NCBI GenBank assembly: GCA_022813865.1
Contig: JALDZX010000021.1
Location: forward strand, 310,001-373,562
Length of the DNA: 63,562 nucleotides
From: Xylographa opegraphella
Taxonomy: Eukaryota
Direction: 5' to 3'
Shown here: positions 11,685 to 24,299 of the stretch, piece by piece
Numbering within the stretch: the first letter of the stretch is position 1
How the letters are laid out: each line of letters opens with the position of its first letter
Position numbers and translations under genes: made by a program
The notes under the pieces: model-generated
What the model saw: only the letters and a program-made list of their open reading frames with translations
Told to the model about the DNA's origin: nothing
The model's database searches: none

Positions 11685-12257
11685 TTTTGTGGTTCGATCT
11701 GCCGATTGGACTACAGTCAATAGCGAACTACTAAAATCCTGTAACTACGGAGGGATGCTGGTCTCTCACCTCCCGCGATGAAGGAAGCACGACGACAGTT
11801 ATCCCAGTGCTGACTCTGAGTCTCTGACGTTCTCGCCCCTCACGCTCCACCGAAGACTCTTGGCCGTTGTCTTGGCTGCAGTGCTCGTCCAACTGCAGCA
11901 AAGTTGCTGCTGGTCTTTCCCAACAGTCAGTCTGCCCTTGGTCCCGATCCGTTGCGACGCGCTGTCCCACCTCCTCCCTCCATCCCTCCTGAACGAGATG
12001 CTGTCGCTGTACACCATCCTCGGCAGACTCACCGTCGTGGTCTCTCCTGTCGGCTGACATCGGGCTTTGGTCGGTCATTCACTTGGTCACATCGACATCT
12101 GCCTAATCAACCCTGGGCGGTCCCCCCAATCCTCACCCCCGGCGGTAGCATCTCCTCCCGCTGCTAAATGGTCGACCTAAACGTTTAGGGTTCGGCAGCA
12201 GAATGAAGCTCTGAACCTTCATCGTCCGGGGTCAACAAGGTAGGTCCATCCTAGCTT
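11685..12257 (-). ncRNA. Candidate large structured non-coding RNA of unidentified family (H/ACA-like box arrangement)
   Basis: Nested long-range complementary segments 11776-11784/12216-12224 and 11929-11936/12022-12029, several local hairpins, and G-U-containing helices that pair only on the minus strand. ANANNA at 11737-11742 and ACA at 11688-11690. Confidence 0.5.
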
Positions 12258-12584
12258 CTCACTCAGGCCGATGCCGTTGATGTATTGACTTTCGTGGTTG
12301 AAGAACATCCCGTGCTCGCGAAGACGTCCGTTCTGTTGGTCCATACATTCCGCGCATATCTGTCTAGCTTCTCTTCTCACAAGTTGCTCGTGGTCGCCCG
12401 ATGCTTGTGATCTAAATAGGCGACAGCACGGAGCTGTCTCCGCCATCGCCCGCTTCGTTGTGTAGCATCAGATATACACACCCTACAAGGATACCCACAC
12501 CACATAAGCCACCACTGAGCCGGAAGACTAAACTTTAGCAGTTGACGGGCGTCTGATTGAACCCAAGCCCTGGAAAAATCAAAC

Positions 12585-15176
12585 ATGTCGTTGGAGTCGG
12601 CACTTGATGAGGAGCGGCGTGAGGTGATGAATATTCTGGAAGGTCGAGCAGCCAAGCCTCAGAACTCGCCGACTACGTTGGCTTACGGTCAAAATGGACG
12701 AACCTCCAGCCCGGCTCCTCAGATAAGGAGTATGCTGGACGTCGGTCCCGCAGGTCCGAGGCGGAGTTCGCTTGCCGGACCAACAGCAAGTGCAATAGCT
12801 CCACCGGTACGGAGCGCGCCTGTGATTCGCAGCATGCTTGATCCTCAAAGCTCACCTCCGCCGCGAGTTAGCCATGTTGGGACATCTTCTTCTTCTAGCA
12901 ACAATCTAGCTGAAGGTGTTTCACATCATCGTGCCCAATCAGACGCATCTATCCATTCTCTGTCAAAGTCGAGACCCCGTGCAAGCAGTGACCTCCAGAA
13001 TGATGGAGCTGCTCTTCCATATGCCGGTAATCAGTTCGAGATGTCCTCAAACGTACAAGGCCCGGCTTTACCAAAGCGGGTGACGCAGGGAGGCAAGAAA
13101 GGCCTCGGTATTAGTTCGATGGCTTCAATCATACAAGGCCAGGAACTTGAGGCAAAGCCAAAAGCAGGGGACCGAGGAAGACACAATTCGACAGCTAGTA
13201 TCCTTGGTGGTATTGGCGGAAAGTCAAAATCACCTTCATCACGACTGAATCCTCGCTCGCAGTCGCCGGGTGGAACGCTACTCAATCATTCTTTCAGTCC
13301 TATGCCGGTGCCTGGCAAGTTTGTCACTCCTGGAGGAGCAGTGATTGATATGAACAATGCATATCGAAGATTATCAGATGCAAATCTGTTGAGGTCTGGT
13401 GGACATCTATCAACCATACCCACCCTGAAAGGAAAAGAAGGTACCCGTATTGGTAGCGGAGAAAGTCTTTCGCCTACTGGCGAGGTCAGGCTTCAGAAGG
13501 ATTATTATCGCACCAGTGGAAGCGCTGACGCGGCGATCGAGTCAAGCGATGAATCGGATAGTACTGGTGATGATGATGCTTGGGGGCCAGCTGCAAGAGG
13601 GAGGAAAAAAGCATTACGAAAGAAAACGGTGGATTCTGACGCCAAAGAAGATCAGAAGGATATGAATCCTACCTCAGGACCTGCAGGGATGGGTAGAGCT
13701 GGTGGCCAGAGAACAGTCAGAAGCTTACTGGCTGCCGCAGAAGAAGAGCGTACGTACGGAATGCTCTCGAATAAGGGAATGGTCTAATGGTCACTTCAGG
13801 AGTATCTGTATCCGCGAAAGCGAACACTAAAGCTGGAGCTAATGCTGCGGATATCGACTTTGATAATAGTGAAAACGAAAAACCGTCAGCCTTGGGTCCG
13901 GCAGGTATGGGTAGATCAGCGGGCCCAAGAATGGCGAGAAGCTTACTGGGAGCTGCAGAAGAAGAGCGTGAGCAACTGTTCGGATTTGATTCCGGATGCC
14001 AAACTGACAATTTCATCTTCAGGACTCTCTGTGGCCTCTAAGTACAAGGTCAAGTCTTTACTGGACCCTACGATTACTGTCAGCGGAGCAAATGGCGAGA
14101 AACCATTGGCTGAGAGACTGTCGAGGAGAAATTCGGGTGTGCATCCCAATACTAACTATAATGCACAAATCTCAGGAGCGTCTAGTCCAGCGACATCAGA
14201 CTCGGAAGATTTGAGTGACATTAAGCGCGCTCAGCGGCTGACCATCAACCAATCTCCTGTCGATAGCTCTGTTCAACATCGCGTAATAAGAACTATCGTC
14301 CGTGGTGAGTATTCCAGAATGGTAGAGGAGGCGGAAGGGGGATCGAGGCGGATCAGAAAGTACTTGGTTGCAACCGACTTGAGTAGTGAGGCCGCTTACG
14401 CTTTGGAGTGGACAATCGGCACCGTTCTACGCGATGGCGATAGCCTCTTCGCAATTTATGCTGTTGATGAAGAAGTTGGCACGAAACGGACCGGTGAGAC
14501 GGAGCTCATGGAAGGTTTGCCCGTCGGACAAGGTGGTGCAGCCATGCAAGAAACTACAGAAACGGTAGACAGGATGACAGCAGCCACACAAAATAAAATA
14601 TTTAAGAATAACCCTTCCCCTCTGGCCGGTCCTGCTACGCTGCCCGATGGAAAGGAGAGCCGTGCCGCCTCCACAGACTCGAGATCAATACCGCGAGCAG
14701 ATCAAGAGAGGTTCCACGCCATCGAGCTCATCTCGCAGACCTGCATCAAGTTCCTTCGGAAGACGAGACTGCAAGTCCGGGTTGGCGTCGAAGTCATCCA
14801 CTGCAAAAGCCCGAAGCATATGATCACCGAAGCCGTACGGTGCCCACCCGTCTGTTGAAGGCGCCGCTGACTTGGGATTATCAGATCGACGTGCTCGACC
14901 CAACCCTGGTCATCCTGGGATCTCGCGGGCGAAGCGCCCTCAAAGGGTAAGACCAGTCTTTCACGTCCCCATAGTTGCCATGTGCTGATCACGCGCCTTG
15001 CCCACAGCGTGCTCCTCGGCTCCTTCTCCAACTACCTGGTCACCAAATCCTCCGTCCCCGTCATGGTCGCGCGCAAGAAACTCCAGAAACCCAGCTCGAA
15101 GAACCGTCTGCCGCACTCGCGCCTCGTCAACAACCTTACGCCGAGCAAGAGTCTAGCCGAGGCGGTGATTGATTGA
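12585..15176 (+). CDS. Universal stress protein (USP) domain protein with a long disordered N-terminus; introns 13750-13799, 13968-14022, approx. 14836-14884 and 14947-15007
   Basis: USP motifs YLVATDLSSEAAYALEWTIGTVLRDGD, VILGSRGRSALKG and VLLGSFSNYLVTKSSVPVMVARK. Confidence 0.92.
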
Positions 15177-16399
15177 TCAACCCCTCCACATGAGCACCCA
15201 CGCGTCTACGAAATGCGCAGTCGGCTGGACCTGTCTCGTGCGCTTTCACTCCTCTCCTCTTAACACTTACAAGCCATCCTCAAAACCCCGGCTTTGCCTC
15301 TAGCGGCCGGGCGAGCATCAACCTCCGCATCGCCTTTCCAGGGCACCATAGAGCGGTTTTTTTTCAGTATAGAGGCGGGACGGGCAACCGGCGCCATTTC
15401 AGGAGGCTGCCGCGGCGCTTTAACTCGGAAGACACGTCTTCTTCACATTAGTATACCTCAAGCATGTGTTCGCCGTTCTCGGGATTTGTGCGCGGAATGA
15501 ACTTCGCCGGCGTAAACCCCTTGGGGGATTGCTGCGTTCTGCGAACGGAATCATGTAGGCTGAGAACTTTGGGCTCTTTTCTACAGGGCCAGCCGTTTTT
15601 CGTAAATTTTACGGTTATTCTGCTGGAGCTCGCCTAGGAGCCTAGCTTGCTGAATATCATATATGAAGTCACGGAGGTATAGCTCTGACAGATTTCCCTG
15701 TTTGCCCCCCCCCTTCCCTACGGTTTCCTATCTCCATTCCATTTCCATTGACTCTCCGCCGCCCATCTGAAAAAGGATGAATGAATATATATTTACAGCA
15801 TAAAACGTCTCCTGCCCCCCTGTTTCTCCCCACTATACAAGTATACGCCTCGTGCACGACGCAGGAGGTACGTTCGGCGAGGCGTATGTCGATATTTAGA
15901 TTTTAATTTTTCAGGAAATAACCTTATTTATATGTCCATCCCCGCCCATTCGGCCGCCCATAGCGCCGCTGTCGGAAACCGCCAAGGACTTATCTAAGGT
16001 TTAGGCTTAGGCTTAGAGCAGAGCGTAACAGCACGTAAGATATCGTAGCTCCAGCCGCTGGTCGATCGAGACCGCAAAGGCGGACTGTCCACTGCGGTGT
16101 CAAGGCGGTTGGGGGGAGGATCGACTATGCCGTACCGTCGAGTAAGCTGGTTGACTAAGACCTCGGGACCGTGAGAAGAGCGAAGGGGAGTGTGGTAGAC
16201 TGCGTATGCAGCCTCAGATGGTGACATGTGGAAGTCGGCACGAAGCCTGACAATGTGCCAATCGCCGGAGTGATGCTCCTCCATCAGCATCTCCCCTTGC
16301 AGCCACACAGATCCAGCCGATTCCCGCTCGCCTGGCGCATTCTGCAGCCCGCTGCGATCGAGTTGGTGGGTCAACTTCTCCGAGTGGAGGACTTGCGCC

Positions 16400-17404
16400 T
16401 CACGCTCCCTCGTTCTCTTTATCGCTTACCCTCCGCTTCTGGCCTCTTCCGTGGACGGTCCCATCGTGCTTCTGCCTTCCAGCTTGCGCCGTCCGCTCCC
16501 GCTCCGCACGCTCCGCACGCTTTCTCCGCCTCGTTTCCCGCTCCGCCTTACGGCGCGCTTTCTCTTCCGCCCGTCGTGCCGTGCCGTCCGCTTCTTCTTT
16601 CAAAAGTCGCTGCTCGTCCGGTGATAGGAACCAGGGCACAGAAAGGACGGCGGAGTGGAAATGCTGCGCTTCGCGCCAGGCGGCGGCTTCCGCTGTGGTG
16701 GTAGGGACTAGTGCTAGATACGCGACGAGGCGAACGGTCAGTTGAAGATATATGGCATGCAGAGGTCAGGAGACAGTGGGTGGGCGCTATCATGTAGCGA
16801 CTATGAGAATGGCGGCATTGGGGAGGGAGGACACACTTATGCGCTCCAGCTCAAGTTGACGCTCCCCTCTGAAAGAACCGATGCCGCCTTTGACTTTCAC
16901 CACGCTGCCGACGTCGAAGCCGGCAAGGTCGATCGAGATGCCGCTCAGAGTACGGCCTTTGAAGGGAGGTGGTTGCGTCGGAGTCTTTGGTACCGTCGCG
17001 CCGTGTACAATGTTCGTAGGGACTCCTGCTCCAGTGCTGCGGTCTCGCGGGCACGTTACCTCCACTATCTTCCCGCTGCTGTCGTCTAGGCAGAAGGTGA
17101 TTCGGTAGTCCGAGGCGTCAAAGGCGACGATGACGCCGACGAGACGGACCCACTTGATCGGATGGTTGAGGTAGAAGTAGATCTTTTGAGCTGCGGGATG
17201 TGAGCTTCTTTTCAGCACTGGACTCGAAGCGCGGGTTTGAGAGAAAAGCGTGGATAGGGAAATACAGGGATTGCTACCTTCGAAGCCCTCGCGGGTAGTC
17301 AGGGTGTGTACGTCTGCAGCGGTGAGCTTGGCCCAGGTAGAAAATGTAGGGGAGGCGGAAAAGCAATAGGCAGGATGGAAGGGAAGCGATGGAGGAGGGG
17401 GCAT
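16400..17404 (-). CDS. stn1: OB-fold telomere-capping CST subunit Stn1-like protein; 2 introns
   Basis: YFYLNHPIKWVRLVGVIVA, LDDSSGKIVEVTC and VGSVVKVKGGIGSFRGERQLELERI match the Stn1 N-terminal OB fold. Charged C-terminal tail. Confidence 0.8.
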
Positions 17405-17908
17405 ATGTTGAGTAGGGTTGGAGCTATGGCCTGAGGAGCAGAAGAGAGGGAGAGATTGTCCGGGAGGGCATGATGTGAAGAGATGTGAGAGTTGTGAGCT
17501 GGTATTGATCTTGGAAGTGCTTAGCAAGCTGTGTGGACGCCGTTTAGAAAGGTGCCTCACCTGCTCAAAAAGCTTGGAATAGGCGCTCCCCACTCTGGAC
17601 TTGAGCAGATTAGCTTCATTGCTATGGGGGAGGTCCTCCCTAACACGAACTTCAACATAGGCGTCCTAAGCGATCGGTTCTGGAATTACTGGGCCTTAGT
17701 GCTGCGATGCTGAAGTTTACCCGGGAAAAGCCTCAGGCATCCACGTAGCGTACTTCGTGTAAAGTGGGCTGCAAGCGCGTTCCGGCGCGTCACCCTCATC
17801 TTCTCACAACAGTCTCTCTCCCACCACCGGATACCCATTCATCTCAAATAGTCCGGCCTCCCTTCTTCAGAACCTCACGCGCATTTTACTCTCTCCTCAC
17901 CACCAAAT

Positions 17909-18952
17909 ATGCCCTCCAAAAAGAACCCTCCCCCCTCCCCTCCATCCAACCCCACCGATCTCATCTCCCCCTCCGACCCGGACACCTCCATAAACCCCTA
18001 CACCGTCCTCTCCGTCCCCCCCACCGCCACGCCCGACGAGATCCGCAGCGCCTACAAGAAACTCGCGCTCAAACACCACCCCGACAAACACCCCCCGCAC
18101 CTGCGCCCGACCGCGCACACCACCTTCCAGCGCCTCGCCCTCGCGTACGGGATTCTCTCCTCGCCCTCGCGCCGCTCCCTGTACGATGCCACCGGCAGCA
18201 CTGCGAGCACGCTCGCGGACGCAGACGACGACTTCTCGTGGCCGGACTTCTTCCGCGCGCAATACGCGGCGGTGACGCCGGATGCGATCTCCGCTTTCAG
18301 GCACAGCTACCAGGGCTCGGCCGAGGAGAGCGCCGAGGTGCTGAAGGCGTATGTGGCGGCTAAGGGAAGCATGGAGGGCGTGTACGAGCGCGTCATGCTG
18401 GCGAATTGCTTGGATGATGAGGAGCGGTTTCGGGGCGTGATTGATGCGGCGGTGGGGAGGGGGGAGGTGGATGCGTATAAGGCGTATGTGCAGGAAACGG
18501 AGAAAGGGAGGGAGAAGAGGTTTAAGAGAGCGAGGAGGGAAAAGGCGGAGGCGGAGAGGCATGAGGTGGATTTGGGGCTGGGGGGAAAGGGGACGGGGAA
18601 GGGGAAGGGTGGGGGGATGGGGGATTTGGCAGCGCTGATCCAGCAGAGGGGGAGGGGGAGGCAGGAGGCGTTTCTGGAGGGGCTGGAGAGGAAGTATGCA
18701 GGGAAGGGGGGTAAAGAGAATGAGGGAAAGATGGAAGAACCGGATGAAGCAGCTTTTGAGAGGATGTCAAAGAGGGGGCGACAGAAGAAGGCGGAAGAAG
18801 AGGTGGAGGAGGACGCCGATGCGATGAGGAAGACCCGGCCAAGCAAGAGGAAAGTGGAACAAGTGGAAGTCGAGGAAGAAGAGGGAGATGAGGTAGAGCG
18901 GCGTTCAAAGGTCAAGAAGAGAGCCGGGAAACGGAAATCCGCGAAGACTTGA
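17909..18952 (+). CDS. DnaJ-domain protein, DNAJC9-like
   Basis: J-domain NPYTVL...AYKKLALKHHPDK...YDATG; YQGSAEE, DDEERFR and EPDEAAF; basic tail. Confidence 0.9.
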   Translation: MPSKKNPPPSPPSNPTDLISPSDPDTSINPYTVLSVPPTATPDEIRSAYKKLALKHHPDKHPPHLRPTAHTTFQRLALAYGILSSPSRRSLYDATGSTASTLADADDDFSWPDFFRAQYAAVTPDAISAFRHSYQGSAEESAEVLKAYVAAKGSMEGVYERVMLANCLDDEERFRGVIDAAVGRGEVDAYKAYVQETEKGREKRFKRARREKAEAERHEVDLGLGGKGTGKGKGGGMGDLAALIQQRGRGRQEAFLEGLERKYAGKGGKENEGKMEEPDEAAFERMSKRGRQKKAEEEVEEDADAMRKTRPSKRKVEQVEVEEEEGDEVERRSKVKKRAGKRKSAKT

Positions 18953-19315
18953 AAGAGCCAGTTCGGCACGTTTGTTTTTGTAGCGAAGACTGACTTGGGA
19001 GTATGGACCGGAATGAGACATTACAACCTTTACCGTAGGGATGGCAGTGTCCTTGTGGAAACGAGCTGAAGTCTGTTAGCTTTGCAGCATTTCTGTTTCA
19101 ATGAAGCATTCTTGCAGTCCAGGTTCATGTGATGCTAAAAAATGTGATATGCTTCTAAAGCGTACGGACTTCGGGTATAGTTCCACACTATACTTCTAAC
19201 CCATTTCCTCGGTGTGGACCGATCCAAAAATATTGTAACGGCAGAGGATATCTCGAAAGTAAACACAAACAAAAGACCGCCTTCCCAAACACCCTTCCTG
19301 AATATGTCTGTATCA

Positions 19316-22300
19316 TCACTCCCCTTCTAGCTCCTCGTCCCATCCTCCCGTCTCCTCCAACCAATCCCTCACCCCTTTCCTGACCCTTCTGACCTCCCCA
19401 CCCAGCGCCTCCTCCCATTGCCCCTCCACAACCCCCACTTTCTCCTTCAAGTCATCCACCAGCGCACTCTGCTGGTTCGCTTTCTTCTCCTGGTCCTGCC
19501 GCCCGAGTTCGTGGCCCTCGACAGCGGCTTCGCTTTCCTTCACCCGCCAACGTGCACCGTTGGTGCCTTCTCGAACCTCTTGCAGCAGACACCAGAGACT
19601 GACTTGGCTCTCGATGAACTGCCGCGAGGAAGATTCAGCGTGGTTGAGGAGGCTGTAGAGGTAGCGGAGCGGATGTTCCCAGTAGGCGGGGTTTTCATCA
19701 ACTTCAGCACGCGGGATAAGGATTTCGAAGTTCTGGAGACGTTCACGGTTTGGGATTTCTTGGAGCAGGGAGAGCAGGGAGGGTGCGATATCCCAGAAAG
19801 CAGAGATCTGGATCTCCACGCCTCGCGTGACGTGCGTTTGGATGATAGAGCAGAAATCTTCGAAACGCGCGAGAGCGGACTTTTCGTGCGCAACTCGGCG
19901 AGATAAGGCATCCTTGTCGAAGAATGATTTCGCGTCTGCGAGCTTTTCGTGGTTACGTGACTGCAAGTATGGAAGGAGGACGATGGCTTTATACTTTTCG
20001 TTACGCTCGCTAAGGAGATTGTACGTCTCTTTGTGCAAGTGTTCGCGGGCTTCGAAAAGCCATTTCAATTGCGTCAATTTCTCGAGGAGCTCCGGCTGCT
20101 CGTCACCTTCTTCTTGCGCTTGATTAGGGTTGGATACTTCGGCGTCCGAGGCAAGTCGACCGCTCAATCGCTCGAATGCTTCAGACGCTTTTGTGATACG
20201 CTCCGAGAAAAGTGCATGCAGTGGAGAGACAACGCTGGATTGAAATAGGTCAAACTCTGTCTGGAGAAGTTCTTTTTTGGATTGAGCTTCTTTGGCCTCA
20301 ATCTCTGCCTCCGCTTGATCGAACTGCTCCTGAGTTATGTCGCCATTTTCCATGCGATATTGGATGTCTTGACTGTGAAGAGACCTCTGATGCTTACACC
20401 ATGAATCTGCTCTCAGCCTCTTTTCGCTGACCCGAGTATCGTATTCCTCTCTTGTGGATGCGGTTCCCTCAAGCTCATTAAGTGATCGCACAGTGGCCCT
20501 GACGTCAGCCAATTCAGGATGACTGTTATTTACGGCTGGATGATGTCGTGGATATGGTGGTGGTAGAGTAATAAGCCTAGACACATCCAGCTTCCTTGGA
20601 TCAGGGGTGAAAGGCGCCGTGGAAGGGGTTGAAGGATGTGGCGGTAGGGGCGGTATCATGGACTCTTCATGCAATCCTTGTTTCTCCGGCGGATATTCAT
20701 CTGGTCCATATGAGGTGCGATGACTAGTGCTATTACCAGATTGATAATGGTCATTCATCCTTGGAGAAATCTCATTATCAAACATCGCGGGCGAATAACG
20801 AGCTTCCTGAGGCAGAGCCATGTATCTGGACTCCCTTTTCGTTCTTTCCAGGACCTTGAACCCCTCTCCATGAGTTGATTCACCGGAATGGCTCTCCCAC
20901 CATCGACTTGGTGCCCTGCCTCTCGATTCAACTTCATCCCTTCCAGTCACAGCACTCATGCTAGCAATAGGTGACAGACACGGCACATAGTCGTTCCATC
21001 GCGAAGAGTCTCCTTGACCTTGGGCACATGAAGTATCCAGCGTCAAAACCGGTTCTGAAGTGGCAGTAGTTGAAGCTCTCCTGCTCCTCGATTCCGAAAA
21101 TGTTGTACCAGAAGAGCGCCGGCTGGATCCATCGTGCCTCCCCTCATATGCCTCCAAAGATGGCTTATTCGCTTTTGCACTCACCAGGTCAAAAAGTCCT
21201 TCTGTAAGATCCGAAGGGTCTAGTCCTTCAGCCTCAAAAACCGAAGAATATCTATCGCGACGAATCCTCGATTCTGCGACCATGAAATGGCAGAAAAGCT
21301 GTAGCCTCTCGGAATCGTTCTTGCAACCCATCTCGCTTTCTGCAAAGAGACGGTAACGATTCATTGCACGATGAGCAAAAGCTCTGGGGCTTTCTGGTTC
21401 ATCCAGGTCAATCAATGACCTTGAGCTGTCCGGACTAAGAGGCAGCACTTGAATTGGAACTTCAGGGTTCGGGAGATGGAGTATCGAGGACACTGGCCGA
21501 ATTTCTCCAGCTGTTTGAGCGCTGAGTGAACCGGTGTTCCGGTCCTCCCATTGCGATTTTGGTAAAGCTCTTGGTTGAACGGAGGTATTGTTTGGGTCGG
21601 TCGCTGTCTGAATCCAGGGAACTTCTCTGTCAGGTGAGAATGGAGGTGTAGGTGTCAACGACTGCGAATACGGGTTATGATCAAGCCGAGGTGTCGAACG
21701 AGTTGAGGTCGACGAAAGAGCTTGCTCGGATGATGATTTGGCACTCGCTAATGCTTCATCCAATCCACGCATATTTTTGGCGCTTCGCGGAGTCAACCTC
21801 GAAGACATGCGCCGTCTTGAGAGATCGCCACTCCCGGGAGGAAGAATGATATCTCCAGGCCGACCTCCATCGGAAAATACATTAGTCGTAGCGGTGGCTG
21901 CGGAAACACTTATTGGCTCTTCTAACGCTCGTGACTTGCCAGTCCTGCTCTCACTTCGACGTTCTCTAATACCTTTGGCACTGCGATTACGGACGGCCGG
22001 ACTTCTAATAAGCATTCCCGCAGCTGAGGCACTACGCACATGTGAAAATGCTAGGTTCTCGTCGGCCGAAGTGATGACCGGGCTCTCTTGAGGTACAGAG
22101 CTACCCGATGGACCATGAGTATCAATATGTAGAGGCCGCGGCCGCGGCCAAGTTGATTTTGGTGACCACGTGGTCTCGTTCTCGTTGTTATCTTCCCGCC
22201 AATCTGCTGGTGTAGGTGGAACGGTCTCCAGTCCGCCACCCATACCATGATTGTTTCGTCTCCTTGGAACGCTGCTTGCCTCGTGGACAGCTAATGTCGC

Positions 22301-23400
22301 CCCAGAGGGTCTGCAGAGGCTTTGACTCCTAGCACTCGTCGTAGGCGGAGGACCCGGTGGTGGGGGAGGGAGTTGCAAGCCATACTCTTCTCCAGTAGGA
22401 CTTCTAGAATTATTTACAGACCGAGATAGTGAGGTACCGAAGCCAATGGCGCCAGTGGACGCGGCCCTTCGTGCAGCTGGAGGCACGGGATTCCCTTGAA
22501 AGGGTTCTGTTCTTCCCGCTAATGCCTGCGCCGTATTATGGTGCAGAGTGTCGATAGCATTTACTGACGGGGGATTGGAGCTTTTGCCTTTGAGATTTAT
22601 TGCCGCAAGTATGCGATCAGTATGGGATCTAGAGGATGAGCGGAAGCGCGAACTTGTGGGGGTAGGAGGTGGAAGGAAGGCTGGTTGCTGCCCAAGTGAT
22701 GGCGAACTGGTCTGCTGTAAATTCATAGAGACTGGAGACCGTCTTTCAACTTTCGGGAAGATTATGCCTGGAGATACAGTTGTTGCAGCGCTGGTCGGTG
22801 TACGACCATGAGAAGAGTCTGTGCTTGGGGACATGGTGTCCGAGGGGGACAGGAGTATACTGTCACTTTGCGAGCCCTCCGGTCTCTGTGGCGAATATGG
22901 AGGGGGTGGAGATGCGACTGGTTCTATTGCAGTTTTGTTAGCTTTCGAAGAAAGTTTTTCAAGTGGTGCGACTTACCATCAGGTCCTGTGAGTCGTGGAG
23001 CGAAACTCGTATTTCTCGTCGACGCATGCCGAGCGTGCACATTCACCGTCAAGCCTGACGAGAGGGAGGAAGAGCTGTCGTTACTGTTCAGTCTTCCCCA
23101 TTGTTGCGGATTGTAGGGGGCAGAGAAGCCAGCTGCGCTTCTCAATGCCATGGGAGAGGAGCCTCGCGAAGCACCACCAGGCGACATAGGATATGGCGAA
23201 GACGGATAGGCGGAGAAAGGTGTACTCAACGTCGTTGTTGAGACAGGTGTCTGTCCTCCGAGCCCAGGGCTATATCCCAAATTGTGCGCATTGGTCAGAG
23301 AGGTCGTCAGCAGCGAAGGAGGTTGCCCTGGACGTTGACGGCGCGGAGAGGCCACAGCTCCTTGCTCTGCTGAGAGGCCAAAGGGATAAGAAGTCGACAT
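19316..23400 (-). CDS. Large hypothetical protein (~1340 aa) with a disordered Pro/Ser-rich N-terminus and a helical C-terminus; intron 22924-22976
   Basis: A 158-aa ORF and a 1172-aa ORF are joined in frame by a GTAAGT...CTAAC...TAG intron. PPxY motifs PPPPYSP and LPPPYPRHHP. Confidence 0.85.
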
Positions 23401-24299
23401 CGCCGAGGCGCTTGCTGATAATGCTTCACCGGGCCCAGCGGTCGAGGCCTGGTCACAGCATTCGCGCTCTGCGCGTCCTGGAACCCCAATGCAAGAAGTT
23501 GAAACTCGGGGGAAGGATCACACAGAGGGGACCTATTTAGATTGGTCCATCACGATGTGAGAATGTCCACAGCCGTTGACCGCGAAGACTGGTCGACGGG
23601 GCATGGGGCATTTTGCAGTGCTGCATGAACGCAGGAGATGTGATCCCCAAAAATGCCAAGAGCGGTACCCATTGGCTGCTGCTGTGCATGGGAGCGTGGA
23701 AGGAGTGTTGGTGATTCGCTATTTCTATTTTCTGCAGCGGAGCCGGTCGTGGCTAAAGCTCAGTGCGTCTTAGCCTGCGAGATCCCGTGGGACGGTCTAG
23801 AAGCTGGAGATCCAAAATAGCGAATGGGCTTCGCGCTATCACATCCACTGTCACATCGACATGGCTGGGCCGGCGCTTACAAGCCAACAGCAACCGTTCG
23901 GGTGGTGTTGCGGAATAATGTGATGGTGTTGCACGATTGCATCCAGCCCCTGATTTCTTTTGCAGTCTAAAGTATTGTGCACAAACCTGTTTGTGCAATT
24001 TAATGACATAGGGTTTTATAGTCGGCCGGAAAGATATATAAAGATATATCATTCGTTTTGTTGCTGGGCTCGAATCGATCAACTGACTGCTAGGTGCAAT
24101 CGCCGTATGTTAGATTCCCATTTGCGAATCTGCTATTTGTTACCTTAGTCAATCATCGTCAGGTTGCTTTGGTGGCATCAGTGTTCGCGATCACAAGTGA
24201 GCCTCATTTGGGGAGACAGTCGAAATTGCCCGTCATACTGCTCTACTCACAACATGCACAGAATGATTGGCAATGTTTGATGGAATATGCCTATATGCG

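Noticed and set aside
11731..12078. 115-aa minus-strand ORF in the structured region
   Set aside because: No recognisable motifs; nested base-pairing explains the region better.
12236..12248. ACCUACCU as a U1 snRNA 5' end
   Set aside because: One mismatch to ACUUACCU, it appears paired within the closing helix, and no U1-70K loop follows.
15998..16018. TTAGGC-like repeats downstream of stn1 as interstitial telomere or telomerase template
   Set aside because: Only about three degenerate units, not TTAGGG, and no supporting structure.
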